A DNA stretch of 64,000 bases from Dehalococcoidia bacterium (GCA_965220155.1 OZ244810.1:3445298-3509297); one strand, 5' to 3'. Counted from the first letter of the stretch, positions 19,625 to 30,119 are shown. Numbers and translations are program-made. Notes: generated by a model from the sequence alone, not told the origin.

Positions 19625-20170
19625 TCAGGGGTCGAGGCCCGGCAAGCCGTCGATGCTCTGGAGGTTGGTCTCGGTGCGATAGGCGGCCAGGGCTTCCGGC
19701 CCCTTGCGTTGCGCCCATGCCCGGAGCTGCGTCCGCTCGCCCACGAACTCATAGAGCGGGACCCCATAGCCGCATGAATCGGAGATCCGGGTGAGCGAGA
19801 CCCTTATGACGGCGCGGACGCCCTCGAGGGGCGGGAACTTGCCCACCAGCGTCTTGAACTCTGGGAGCCCGGGCCCGATGGCTTCGCCGCGGCCCTGGAG
19901 GCGGACTATCCTGGGGGGTCCCTCGAAGGCGCAAAACATCAAAGCGATCCGCCCGTTCTCGCGGAGATGGGAGATGGTCTCGACGCCGCTGCCCGTCAGG
20001 TCCAGGTAACCGATGGTGTGGTCGTCCAATACCGCGAATGTGTCGAGCCCTTTGGGGGAGAGGTTGACATGGCCATCCTCGCTGAGGGGCGCGGTCGCGA
20101 CGAAGAAGAGCTTCTGTCGGGTGATGAACGCGCGCAGCTTGTCGTCGATGCCGGGGAAGAGTGTCGCCAC
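19625..20170 (-). CDS. Pyridoxamine 5'-phosphate oxidase-family (FMN/F420-binding split-barrel) protein
   Basis: KLFFVATAP..GHVNLSPKG motifs. Start at GTG 20170 with AGGAGGG RBS, 11 nt after upstream CoA-transferase stop. Confidence 0.6.
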   Translation of the reverse strand: MATLFPGIDDKLRAFITRQKLFFVATAPLSEDGHVNLSPKGLDTFAVLDDHTIGYLDLTGSGVETISHLRENGRIALMFCAFEGPPRIVRLQGRGEAIGPGLPEFKTLVGKFPPLEGVRAVIRVSLTRISDSCGYGVPLYEFVGERTQLRAWAQRKGPEALAAYRTETNLQSIDGLPGLDP

Positions 20171-20181
20171 GGACCGCCCTC

Positions 20182-21408
20182 CTAGAAGAGCACCTTCTCT
20201 TCGGTCAGCTTCGCCAGGTCCGACTCGGAATAACCCAGCAGGTCGCCGAAGACCGCTTCGTTGTGCTGCGCCACCATGGGGCCGGGGAGCCGCACGGAGA
20301 CGGGTGTGTCGCTGAACTTCCAATGACCGCCATAGATCACCTCGCTCCCGAGAGGATGCTCCACGCGGAGCCAGGAGGCACGGGCCTCAAAGTGGGGGTC
20401 AGTGTAGAGGTCCCGGGCGCTCAGTGCCGGGAATGCGGGGACGCCTTCATTCTGCAGAATCTCCGCGGCCTCGTAATGGGTGTGCCGAAGCGTCCAATCA
20501 GAGACCAGCTCGTCCAACTCCGCTTCGCGGCGCTTACGCCGGAACTTGTCACCGAACCGGGGCTCCCGGGCCCAGGGAGGCTCCCCCATCGCTCTGCACA
20601 GCCCTTCCCACTCCTCCTGCGCGTAGACGGCAATGGCGACCCAGTTGTCCTCTCCCTGACACCGGTAGACGTTGTGGGGAACATGGATGGGGTCCCGATT
20701 GCCTACGGTAGCCGGCAGGCGGCCATTCAGCTGGTAGTCGAGCATTGGACCCGCGAGCATCGTCGACATCGCCTCCCACTGGGAAAAGTCGATGTGTCTG
20801 CCCTGACCCGTGGCGTTTCGGTGCCGGAGGGCGGCGAGGACGGCGAAGAGCCCTACGAGCCCCGCAGCCGGGTCGGTGATCGCCGTCCCAAAGGGTATGG
20901 GGCGCTCCCCTTCATACCCTTGAATCGTGTCCAGGCCCGCTAGGCAGCTCAGCACACTACCCAGGGTGTTGATCCGATAGAGGGGGCCCCATTGGCCGGC
21001 CGCCGAAGGGGAGATCATGATCAGGTCCGGGCGTACCTTTCGGAGCTCCTCGTAGCCCAGGCCAAGCTTCTTCATGGTCCCAGGGGTCCAGTTCTCGGCT
21101 ATGACATCAGTCTCGCTGACCAGCTCCTTCAACAGGTCGCGGCCATGCTGGGTGTCCAGATTTATCGATATCCCCTGGTTGTTTCGGCTGAGGTTGTGAG
21201 GCCACAGGGCATGATCGGGGTCGGCTATCCCTCCCATGAAGGGCGGTATGCCCTTGAGCGGCTCCAGCCGCTGCCGGGAGTCGATCTTGATGACTTCGGC
21301 CCCCATGTCTCCGAGCAGGTGGGTAATGGTCGCGCAGACCCAGAACCAACCCAGGTTGATCACTCTGAGCCCGGCAAGCGGTTTGGGGTTCGAAGCCGTC
21401 TGTTCCAT
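20182..21408 (-). CDS. CoA transferase, family III (CaiB/BaiF)
   Basis: N-terminal LAGLRVINLGWFWVCATITHLLGDMGAEVIKID signature. Confidence 0.85.
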   Translation of the reverse strand: MEQTASNPKPLAGLRVINLGWFWVCATITHLLGDMGAEVIKIDSRQRLEPLKGIPPFMGGIADPDHALWPHNLSRNNQGISINLDTQHGRDLLKELVSETDVIAENWTPGTMKKLGLGYEELRKVRPDLIMISPSAAGQWGPLYRINTLGSVLSCLAGLDTIQGYEGERPIPFGTAITDPAAGLVGLFAVLAALRHRNATGQGRHIDFSQWEAMSTMLAGPMLDYQLNGRLPATVGNRDPIHVPHNVYRCQGEDNWVAIAVYAQEEWEGLCRAMGEPPWAREPRFGDKFRRKRREAELDELVSDWTLRHTHYEAAEILQNEGVPAFPALSARDLYTDPHFEARASWLRVEHPLGSEVIYGGHWKFSDTPVSVRLPGPMVAQHNEAVFGDLLGYSESDLAKLTEEKVLF

Positions 21409-21472
21409 GGAAGGGTGTAGGTGCTATCGAGTTGACGAAGGGCCACGGGGCCGCCCGTTAGGCGCTGCGCTA

Positions 21473-22690
21473 TCAGATGGCGCCGGAATACCGCAGCTCC
21501 CGGAGGTCCTCCCGGGAACGTCCCAAGATCCCGACGTAGACCTCTTCGTTGTGCTGGCCGAGCATAGGCGCGGGCCGGACGACCTTCCAGGCCCCTTCTC
21601 CTATGTCGTAGGGCGCCCCGGGCAGCCGCAGCGTGCCCGCTGCCGGGTGCTCGACGTCCATGAAGTACCCCCTTGCGTGAAGGTGCTCGTCGCTATATAG
21701 GTCGGCGACGGTATTGAGGGGCGCCGCTGGAACCATCTCGGCCTGGCAGAGCTGGAATATCTCCCTTGGGGTGTGGGACAGCAGCCACTCGTCCATCAGC
21801 GCCTGTATCTCCTCGGCGTAGACGGACCTCTGGAGGGAGGTGCCCTTGAACAGCTCCGACTGCGCCCACTCAGGGTTGCCCATAGCGCTGACGAGACCTT
21901 CCCATTTGTCGGCCGAGATCGCCTGAAGCGCGACCCAGCCGTCCTTACAACGGTTCATGGTGCGCGGAACATGGTGGACCAGACCGACGGCGCCGGCGCG
22001 GCTCTTTGTGGCGCCTTTGTCGTGGAAATCGCTCACCTCGACGGCGTTTAAGAGATGGCTGAGGGCCTCGGCCTCCGATGCGTCGATCCACTGCCCATTC
22101 CCCGTCTTGTCCCGGGCATGGAGGGCCAGTGAAGCAGCCGCGGCCGCATTGAACGCCCCCCAGTGGGACCCCTGGTCCCAGATGCCGCTGATCGGCTCCC
22201 GCTCCGGGTCCCCAAGGTACATGTGCCCTGTGCCGCTCCCCAGCCAGCTGATGAGCCCGCTGCCACGGTAACCAGCATAGGGCCCGGAGCGGCCCAACGA
22301 CGAGATGCTGACCATGATCAGCCGCGGGTTCACTTCAGCAAGGCTTGGATAATCGAGGCCCAGCCCTGAAAGGAACCCGGGGTCCGACCATTCGATCAGC
22401 ACGTCGGCCCACTCGCACAAGCCTCGGAACACCTCCTGGCCGGCGGGAGTCGATGGGTCGAGGGTTACGCCCCGCTTGTTGCAGTTCAGGTAGAGGTGAA
22501 GTCCGCTGAGCTCCGTTTCCGGATCGTCTCCGGGGAAGGGGCCGTAGACCCTGACCTGGTCGTCCCCCAACGGGGACTCGATGCGAACGACGTCCGCCCC
22601 CAAATCGGCGAACATCTTCCCGGCGTAGCAGACGTTGATCCAGGGCCCATACTCCAAGACCCGCACGCCTCCCAGCTCGCCGAACGCCAT
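21473..22690 (-). CDS. CoA transferase, family III (CaiB/BaiF)
   Basis: N-terminal GVRVLEYGPWINVCYAGKMFADLGADVVRIE signature. Confidence 0.85.
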   Translation of the reverse strand: MAFGELGGVRVLEYGPWINVCYAGKMFADLGADVVRIESPLGDDQVRVYGPFPGDDPETELSGLHLYLNCNKRGVTLDPSTPAGQEVFRGLCEWADVLIEWSDPGFLSGLGLDYPSLAEVNPRLIMVSISSLGRSGPYAGYRGSGLISWLGSGTGHMYLGDPEREPISGIWDQGSHWGAFNAAAAASLALHARDKTGNGQWIDASEAEALSHLLNAVEVSDFHDKGATKSRAGAVGLVHHVPRTMNRCKDGWVALQAISADKWEGLVSAMGNPEWAQSELFKGTSLQRSVYAEEIQALMDEWLLSHTPREIFQLCQAEMVPAAPLNTVADLYSDEHLHARGYFMDVEHPAAGTLRLPGAPYDIGEGAWKVVRPAPMLGQHNEEVYVGILGRSREDLRELRYSGAI

Positions 22691-22903
22691 TCGCTCTCCC
22701 GCAGTCCTTCGGATGGGCTAAGGTGGGGCGAGTATAGCCGACGGAATTCGCCGGTAGCAAGGCAACATATCAGGTGTAGCGCCTCCGAGCATCCATAGGG
22801 CTGACGTTGCCCGCCCGCCTCATGCCAGGGTCTCGTTCCTCGAAATCGGACCGGCGTCACCGGCCCGCGTCACGGGCGTCATACAATAGGCCCCGACTCA
22901 TGG

Positions 22904-24598
22904 TTGGGGCCCCGACCCATGGCTGCCTCCATGGGCCAAGTCCGTCGAGAGGAGAGAAGGTTGGACTCGCTGTACGACAACCCGGGGCGCCTCGGTATGG
23001 TCGTCGGGGGCTCGCTGGCGCGCGGCGTCGAGGTCAGGCTCGACGGCGATGTTTCGGTGGAGGACCTGGCCGTCGGCCGCTTTGTGACGATCCAGGGCCG
23101 CCGGCGCAGATTTTTTGGGGTCCTCACGGATATTGCGCTGGCCAGTACCGACGAGAGCATCTCCAGTACCCCACCAGACGTCTCGGACCCCTTCATCGCA
23201 GGAGTCGTCTCGGGCACCAACGCCTTCGGCACGGTCCACGTGACCCCCTACCTCAGCCTCGGGGCGGAGGAGCAAGTGGGGGATGGCCCCCTGCCCGCCA
23301 AGACCATACCCCCGCATTTCTCGCTGGTGCGGGAAAGCGATGCCTCGGAAGTGCAGCTTGTCTTCGGGGAGAACGACGCTCGGCACATCTGGGTTGGCAG
23401 CCCCCTGGACATGGGGGAGGCCCCCGTTTGCCTCGACGTGACGCGGCTAGTGGAGAGGAGCACGGGCGTATTCGGCAAGACCGGGACCGGCAAGTCTTTT
23501 CTGACGCGCATCCTGCTTGCGGAGATGGTCCAGAAGAGCGAAGCCGTGTCGCTCGTCTTCGATATGCACGGTGAGTACGGCTGGCAGTCGCGCGCCGAGC
23601 GCGGGGGAGAGGTGAAGGGCCTCAAACAGCTGTTTCAGTCGAAAGTCGCGGTATTCACGCTGGACCCGGAGAGGGCTCTCCAGCGGGGGGTCAGCGCCGA
23701 CTTCGATGTACGGATCTCATTCGACGACATTACGGCGGAGGACATCGCCACCCTCGCGGGAACGCTGGGACTGTCCGAGGCGATGGTGCAAGCGGCCTTC
23801 CGGCTGGAGCGGCGCCTCGGCAGAGGATGGGTGACCCGGTTCTTGTCAGTGGAGACGAAAGAGGAGTTCGGCGACCTGGCGGGAGGGCTGGAGCATGAGG
23901 GTACGCTCTCCGCGCTGCATAGAAAACTGGAGATGCTCGGGCGTTTCGGGTTCTTAGGAGAAGGAGTAGGGGGGGAGAATGCGGTCCGGACCATGATGGA
24001 ATACCTGGACCGCGGGACCCACGTGGTGCTCGAGTTTGGGAAATACACAGACAATCTGGCTGCGTACGTTCTCGTTGCGAACATCCTGAGCCGGCGGGTC
24101 CATGACCGCTACGTGGAGCAGATGGAGCGGGCGATGGGAGAGCGCGGCAGGGAACCCAGGCCGCTGGTCATCGTCATCGAGGAGGCGCACAAGTTCCTGG
24201 CCCCCGACATGGCGGGCCAGACGACTTTCGGGACGATCGCCCGGGAGATGCGGAAGTACAACGTTACCTTGCTGGTAATCGACCAGCGCCCCGGCGGCAT
24301 CGACCCGGAGGTGATGTCGCAGGTCGGCACCAAGATCACCTGCCTCCTCGACAACGACCGGGACATCGACTCGGTGTTGGCAGGGGTCTCGGGGCGGAAC
24401 GAGCTCCGGGCGGTGCTGGCCAAGTTGGAGACGAGACAGCAGGCGCTTATCTTTGGCCACGCGGTGCCGATGCCTGTGGTCGTCCGCACCCGGACGTACG
24501 ACGCTGAGTTCTACCGCAGCGTCGGCTTCGCGGGAGAGGCGGAGCGGGGGGCGCGGGTCGAGCGAGACGTCGAGGGCCTCTTCGGGAAGCGCCGGTAG
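22904..24598 (+). CDS. HerA/FtsK-like P-loop ATPase (DUF87-type) with N-terminal HAS-barrel-like region; start uncertain (alt ATG 22931/22955)
   Basis: Walker A GKTGTGKS, Walker B LVIVIEEAHKFL, arginine finger region; no adjacent NurA. Confidence 0.6.
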   Translation: MGPRPMAASMGQVRREERRLDSLYDNPGRLGMVVGGSLARGVEVRLDGDVSVEDLAVGRFVTIQGRRRRFFGVLTDIALASTDESISSTPPDVSDPFIAGVVSGTNAFGTVHVTPYLSLGAEEQVGDGPLPAKTIPPHFSLVRESDASEVQLVFGENDARHIWVGSPLDMGEAPVCLDVTRLVERSTGVFGKTGTGKSFLTRILLAEMVQKSEAVSLVFDMHGEYGWQSRAERGGEVKGLKQLFQSKVAVFTLDPERALQRGVSADFDVRISFDDITAEDIATLAGTLGLSEAMVQAAFRLERRLGRGWVTRFLSVETKEEFGDLAGGLEHEGTLSALHRKLEMLGRFGFLGEGVGGENAVRTMMEYLDRGTHVVLEFGKYTDNLAAYVLVANILSRRVHDRYVEQMERAMGERGREPRPLVIVIEEAHKFLAPDMAGQTTFGTIAREMRKYNVTLLVIDQRPGGIDPEVMSQVGTKITCLLDNDRDIDSVLAGVSGRNELRAVLAKLETRQQALIFGHAVPMPVVVRTRTYDAEFYRSVGFAGEAERGARVERDVEGLFGKRR

Positions 24599-24734
24599 TC
24601 GGAGCCATCGGGTTTGCAGCCGCGGGACATTGGGGGTCTTTACGATCGGGTTGTGAAGAGGGGTTGTGAAAGGGTATACAATGTTTGACAGGGCAGCGGC
24701 CTGCCATGGGCAGCGCCTACCGGAAGGAGACTTC

Positions 24735-26510
24735 ATGAGGACCCGCTATTTTGTCTTGATCGCGGTTGTAGGCGTGTTGGCCATGATTGTGAGCGCGTGC
24801 GGCGGCGGGGCTGATCCAACGGCCGTACCCACGGCCGTGCCAACGGCGACCCCGAGACCGACGGCAGTCCCGCCGACTGCCACGGCGATGATGATGGAAC
24901 AGCCCGACGCGACGGCAACCCCCCAACCCACGGCTACGCGGCCGCCAGTACCCACGGCGACTCCGACGGTGGTCCCGACGGCAATGCCGGCTGGGCCCCC
25001 AGTGAAGCGGGGCGGCACCGTCCGCTTTAACATGACGTTCGATCCCGCCACCCTGGAAGTCACCAAGGTCGAGACCTACACGGTCTTCTTCCAGCTGGAC
25101 GAGATATGGTCCAACCTGGTCCAGTACAAGTCTGACTTCTACACCCAGGTGGAGTTCATCGGCGACCTGGCAGACCGATGGGAAGTCAACGACGCCGGGG
25201 ACAAGTACACCTTCTTCATGAATCCCAATGCCCGCTGGCAGAACCTACCACCTCTGAACGGGAGGAAGATCACTTCCGCCGACGTCAAGTACGGCTACGA
25301 GCTGTTCAAGGACGAGGAATACAAGAGCCAGATGAGAAGCAGGCTCAGGGCGATCGACAGTATCGACACCCCGGACGACAGTACGCTCGTGCTGAACCTG
25401 ACAGAAGCGGCCAACAACGTGCTGTTCGATCTCGCCTGGCCCACGCTCAAGATCCACGCAAGGGAGGTGGTTGATCAGGGCCTGATCGGGACGGAAGAGG
25501 GGCTCATCGGAAGCGGGGCCTTCATCTTCCAAGAGTGGCAAAAGGGCAGCGTCATCAAAATGGCGCGCAGCACGAACTATTGGCGGGACGGCTCAGATGG
25601 TAGCGCGCTCCCGTATCTCGATTCCATTGAGTCGATCATCGTGGCTGATCCCATAACCATCTCGGCCGCCCTGGGAACAAACAAGTTGGACTTCGCGAAT
25701 ATCACGGGAGTCAGGAAGTCACAGGCCGAGCCGCTGTTCGAAAACACATCGGTAGAGGTCATTCCCGGGCACAGCGGGAGTGTCCGAATCCTGTGGATGA
25801 AGCATGACTACGAGCCCTTCTCCCATAAGCTGGTGCGCCAGGCGATCTTGAAGGCCGTCGACCCCGCCGAGATCAAGAAGGCCGCACTCGAAGCGGGAGA
25901 TATGCCGCTGGAGAGCTTCGTCTACTCGACGGCGGGAGACAAGCAGCTATCCCAAGAGCGGCTCGCAGAGATCCAGAAACAAGACTTCCCGGCTGCCAGA
26001 GCGCTTCTTGCGGAGGCGGGCTTCGCCGACGGCTTTGACTTGGAAATCATCGCCCAAGGGAATACGTCGCCGTCGCCCGAGATTCTCGCCCTAGCGCAAC
26101 AAAATCTCCAGGAGATAGGGCTCAGGGTCGACATCCTGCCCCTGAGCACTGGCGACTTCGGCGCCCGCAGATCAAATCTGAACTTCCAAATGTACTCGGG
26201 CTCGCTGAATCTTCAGGCTGACCCGGTATCCCAGCTAGGGAGTCAGTTCCGCACGGGCGCAGGAAGAAACTATGGAGGTTTCTCGAGCGCCGAGGCAGAT
26301 CGCCTGATGGACATGGCCAAGGCGGAGTTCGACCAGGCGAAACTCAAGGACCTCCTGCACCAGGCCCAGGAGGTCCTGTGGGACGAAGTGCCGGGCATCC
26401 CCCTTTCCCCTGGGCCCTCCTACCAGGTCCAGGCGGTGTACTTGAAGGGCTTCAAGAACAACTTCGCCTGGGGCAACCAGGGGCTGAAATTCGCCTGGCT
26501 GGACAAATAG
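24735..26510 (+). CDS. ABC transporter substrate-binding lipoprotein, family 5 (tandem paralog 1)
   Basis: Start ATG 24735 with GGAAGGAGAC RBS; signal peptide plus lipobox VSAC; about 80% identical to 26691 gene. Confidence 0.85.
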   Translation: MRTRYFVLIAVVGVLAMIVSACGGGADPTAVPTAVPTATPRPTAVPPTATAMMMEQPDATATPQPTATRPPVPTATPTVVPTAMPAGPPVKRGGTVRFNMTFDPATLEVTKVETYTVFFQLDEIWSNLVQYKSDFYTQVEFIGDLADRWEVNDAGDKYTFFMNPNARWQNLPPLNGRKITSADVKYGYELFKDEEYKSQMRSRLRAIDSIDTPDDSTLVLNLTEAANNVLFDLAWPTLKIHAREVVDQGLIGTEEGLIGSGAFIFQEWQKGSVIKMARSTNYWRDGSDGSALPYLDSIESIIVADPITISAALGTNKLDFANITGVRKSQAEPLFENTSVEVIPGHSGSVRILWMKHDYEPFSHKLVRQAILKAVDPAEIKKAALEAGDMPLESFVYSTAGDKQLSQERLAEIQKQDFPAARALLAEAGFADGFDLEIIAQGNTSPSPEILALAQQNLQEIGLRVDILPLSTGDFGARRSNLNFQMYSGSLNLQADPVSQLGSQFRTGAGRNYGGFSSAEADRLMDMAKAEFDQAKLKDLLHQAQEVLWDEVPGIPLSPGPSYQVQAVYLKGFKNNFAWGNQGLKFAWLDK

Positions 26511-26535
26511 CGGCATCGACTCGCTGAGCGGACCC

Positions 26536-26563
26536 AAGAGGGGCGGTCGTAGACCGCCCCTCT
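26536..26563 (+). terminator. Terminator-like hairpin (duplicated with SBP gene; lacks T-tract)
   Basis: agaggggcggtc/gaccgcccctct perfect 12-bp stem; followed by CGCGTTCGC not U-tract. Confidence 0.4.
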
Positions 26564-26690
26564 TCGCGTTCGCACCTGGGCCGCGACCCCTGGCGGGGAC
26601 GGCGAAAAGGTCCGGGAGTTGACAGAAGCGAACACCGGCACTAGATTATCGTCGACTCGGCACCGAAAGTGCCTATCGGAAGGAGACGCC

Positions 26691-28463
26691 ATGAAGATGC
26701 GATATTTTGCGTCCGCCGCGCTCTTGGGGGTGTTGGCCCTGATTGTGAGCGCGTGCGGAGGGGGGGCTGATCCAACAGCCGTACCCACGGCCGTGCCAAC
26801 GGCGACCCCGAGACCGACGGCAGTCCCGACTGCCACGGCGATGATGGAAAAGCCCGACGCGACGGCAACCCCCGCACCCGCGGCGACGCGGCCGCCGGTG
26901 CCTACGGCGACTCCGACCGTGGTCCCGACGGCAACCCCGGCTGGACCCACGGTGAAGCGCGGCGGCACCATCTCCTTCTCCATGCCAACCGACCCCGCCA
27001 CCCTGGAAGTCACCAAGGTCGAGACCTACACCGTCTACTTCAACATGGACGAGATATGGTCCAACCTGGTCCAGTACAAGTCTGACTTCTACACCCAGGT
27101 GGAGTTCATCGGCGACTTGGCCGACCGCTGGGAAGTCAACGAAGCCGGGGACAAGTACACCTTCTTCCTCAATCCCAATGCCCGCTGGCAGAACCTACCA
27201 CCTCTGAACGGCAGGAAGCTGACCTCCGCAGACGTCAAATGGAGCTTCGAGCTCTACTTGGATACGGACTACGCGAGCCAGATGCGCAGCCGGGTTGCCG
27301 CGATCGACACCATCGACACCCCCGATGACACCACGGTGGTGCTGAACCTGACGGAACCCGCCAATAACGTGCTGTTCGATCTCGCCTGGCCGACACCAAA
27401 GATCCAGGCCCGGGAGCTGATAGATCAAGGCCTGATCGGGTCGGAAGAAGGGCTCATCGGCAGCGGACCCTTCATCTTCCAGGAATGGCAAAAGGGCAGC
27501 GTCGTGAAGATGACGCGGAGCACCAATTACTGGAAGGACGGCTCAGACGGCAAGGGACTTCCTTACGTCGATGCCTTGAATGTATTGGTCATTGCCGACC
27601 CTCAGACGGTATCGGCCGCCCTGCGGACGGCGAAGTTGGACTTCGCGAATATCGTCGGTGTCTCTACACGGGCGCAGGCCGATCCTCTCAGCGAGATCGA
27701 TGGGCTGTCGGTTATCCCCGGGCACCCAGGGAGCATCCGGGTCCTGTGGTTCAGGCATGACTATAAGCCTCTCGACAACAAACTGGTGCGCCAGGCCCTG
27801 CTAAAGGCCCTCGACCCCGTGGCCATCAAGAGGAACGCCCTTGCCTCGCCGGACATGCCGCTGGAGAGCTTCGTCTACTCGACGGCGGGAGACAGGTCGC
27901 TGCCCCAGGAGCGCCTCCTGGAGATCCAGGGCGTAGACGTCCCGGCTGCCAGGGCCCTTCTGGCAGAGGCGGGCTTTTCCGATGGCTTCAAGATCGAGGT
28001 GCTCGTCCAGGGGCCCTCATCCCCGGGTCCCGAGATCGCGGCGCTGATCCAGCAGCAGTGGCAAGAGGTGGGGATCGCCGTGAGCATCGCGGCTCCGACC
28101 CAGTCCGTTTTCATTCCCCGCCGACGAAATGGGGACTTCCACGTCGCCTCCACCTTCCTGAACCTTCAGGCTGATCCTGTGGCCCAGCTAGGGACTCAAA
28201 TGCGCACGGGTGCGGGCAGGAACTACGGGGGGTACTCCAATCCCGAGGCCGATGCTCTCATGGACAAGGCCAAGGGGGAGTTCGACCAGGCGAAACTCAA
28301 GGAGATCCTGTACCAGGCGCAGGAGGTCCTTTGGGAGGATGTGCCGGCCATTCCCATGTCCCAGGGGCAGTCCTTCCAGATCCAGTGGGACTACCTGAAA
28401 GGCTTCAAGAACAACTTCGCTTGGGGCAACCAGGGGCTGAAATTCGCCTGGCTCGACAAATAG
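26691..28463 (+). CDS. ABC transporter substrate-binding lipoprotein, family 5 (tandem paralog 2)
   Basis: Start ATG 26691 with GGAAGGAGAC RBS; lipobox; family-5 SBP. Confidence 0.85.
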   Translation: MKMRYFASAALLGVLALIVSACGGGADPTAVPTAVPTATPRPTAVPTATAMMEKPDATATPAPAATRPPVPTATPTVVPTATPAGPTVKRGGTISFSMPTDPATLEVTKVETYTVYFNMDEIWSNLVQYKSDFYTQVEFIGDLADRWEVNEAGDKYTFFLNPNARWQNLPPLNGRKLTSADVKWSFELYLDTDYASQMRSRVAAIDTIDTPDDTTVVLNLTEPANNVLFDLAWPTPKIQARELIDQGLIGSEEGLIGSGPFIFQEWQKGSVVKMTRSTNYWKDGSDGKGLPYVDALNVLVIADPQTVSAALRTAKLDFANIVGVSTRAQADPLSEIDGLSVIPGHPGSIRVLWFRHDYKPLDNKLVRQALLKALDPVAIKRNALASPDMPLESFVYSTAGDRSLPQERLLEIQGVDVPAARALLAEAGFSDGFKIEVLVQGPSSPGPEIAALIQQQWQEVGIAVSIAAPTQSVFIPRRRNGDFHVASTFLNLQADPVAQLGTQMRTGAGRNYGGYSNPEADALMDKAKGEFDQAKLKEILYQAQEVLWEDVPAIPMSQGQSFQIQWDYLKGFKNNFAWGNQGLKFAWLDK

Positions 28464-28484
28464 GGCATCGCTCGCTGAGCGGAC

Positions 28485-28522
28485 CAAGAGGGGCGGTCGT
28501 AGACCGCCCCTCTTTTTGTTTG
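28485..28522 (+). terminator. Rho-independent terminator
   Basis: Same 12-bp stem as at 26536 followed by TTTTTGTTT. Confidence 0.8.
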
Positions 28523-28643
28523 GGGACCAAAGCCCCGAGGACGGTTCCCCGGGCCCGCTCCCACCGTTAGAATGGGGCGGCTGCCGCCAGCGCATTCCGA
28601 GCGTCGTCAAGGCAGGCAGCTAGACCTCACACCGGAGGCAGGG

Positions 28644-30119
28644 ATGGTAAGAAGCACCGAATCCGCGTCGGCCCGGGTGCGGGCCCGACTGAACCACCCG
28701 GTGATCGACGCCGACGGCCACCTTTTGGAAGTGTCGCCGGTACTGCTGGACTACGTGAAACAGATCGGCGGGACCGATATGGCGGAGAAATACGAGAGCT
28801 CCGCCCCGATCCAGCGGTTTCACCGGCAGCAGGTCGTCAACACTCCGCTGGACCAGCGCCGGCACCACTGGGCCACGCTCACAACGTGGTGGATGTTCCC
28901 GACCAAGAACGGACTCGACAGGGCAACCGCCCAGTACCCCAAGCTGTTGAACGAGCGCCTCGACGACTTGGGCATCGACTTCGCGATCCTGTACCCAACC
29001 GAAGGGCTGATCCTTCCCGTCATCCAGGACCAGGAGCTGCGACGGGTGGCTTGCCGCGCGGTGAACACGTATATGGCCGAGACCTTCGGCGGCTACTCCG
29101 AACGCATGACACCCGTCGCCCAAGTCCCTACGCACACACCGCAGGAGGCGATCGAGGACCTGGACTTCGCGGTGAGCACCCTTGGCCTTAAAACGGCCGT
29201 CTTCTCAGGGTACGTCGTGCGGCCCGTCCCAAGGGTCGCCGAGGACTTTCCCCGGGCTGCCGGGTACGCCCCACGGCTGGACCTGCTGGCTCTCGACAGC
29301 GACTACGACTATGACCCGCTGTGGGAAAAGTGCCGCGAGCTCAAGGTAACACCGACGTTTCACAACACCAGCATGGGGATCGGCACCCACCGGTCTATCT
29401 CCAATTTCGTCTTCAATCACCTCGGGGGAGCCGCCGATGGCCTCAATCCCGTTGCCCGGGCCCTGGTCCTCGGCGGCGTGACCAACCGGTTCCCCGACCT
29501 GAACTTCGCTTTCCTGGAGGGGGGCGTCGCCTGGGGGGTAGCCCTTTATTCAAGCCTCATCGACCACTTCGAAAAGCGGAACATCGAGGCGCTAGACTGG
29601 GTCGACCCCAGGAAGCTCGACCCGGTGCGACAGGGCAGGTTGCTGGAAGAGTATGGCGAGGGAAGGGTCCTCGATCTGAGCAAAGAGGTCCAGGACTCCT
29701 TCTACCATGGCCCGCCGGTCCCATCGCCCGACCAGATAGATGAGTTCGCAGCATGCGGGGCAAAGCACCCCGAGGACTTCCAGAGGCTATTCGCCAAGCC
29801 CTTCTACTTCGGCTGCGAGGCGGACGACAAGCTGTCCAGCCTGGCGTTCAACGCCAGGCTCAACCCTTTCGGGGACCGGCTGAACGCCATCCTGGGCTCG
29901 GACATCGGCCACTGGGACGTGCAGCAGATGGACAGGGTGATCGCGGAGGCATACGAGCTGGTCGAAGACGAGCTCTTGAGCCCGGATGACTTTCGGGCCT
30001 TCACTTTCGAGAATGCCGTCCGGCTCCACGCGACTGTGAACCCCGGGTTCTTCCGAGGGACCTCGGTCGCCGCGGCCGCCGAAGGGACCATGGGAGGCGC
30101 TCCAGCAGGGCGATCATAG
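28644..30119 (+). CDS. Amidohydrolase-2 (PF04909) family hydrolase
   Basis: HPVIDADGHLLE N-terminal motif; start ATG 28644 with GGAGG RBS. Confidence 0.8.
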   Translation: MVRSTESASARVRARLNHPVIDADGHLLEVSPVLLDYVKQIGGTDMAEKYESSAPIQRFHRQQVVNTPLDQRRHHWATLTTWWMFPTKNGLDRATAQYPKLLNERLDDLGIDFAILYPTEGLILPVIQDQELRRVACRAVNTYMAETFGGYSERMTPVAQVPTHTPQEAIEDLDFAVSTLGLKTAVFSGYVVRPVPRVAEDFPRAAGYAPRLDLLALDSDYDYDPLWEKCRELKVTPTFHNTSMGIGTHRSISNFVFNHLGGAADGLNPVARALVLGGVTNRFPDLNFAFLEGGVAWGVALYSSLIDHFEKRNIEALDWVDPRKLDPVRQGRLLEEYGEGRVLDLSKEVQDSFYHGPPVPSPDQIDEFAACGAKHPEDFQRLFAKPFYFGCEADDKLSSLAFNARLNPFGDRLNAILGSDIGHWDVQQMDRVIAEAYELVEDELLSPDDFRAFTFENAVRLHATVNPGFFRGTSVAAAAEGTMGGAPAGRS

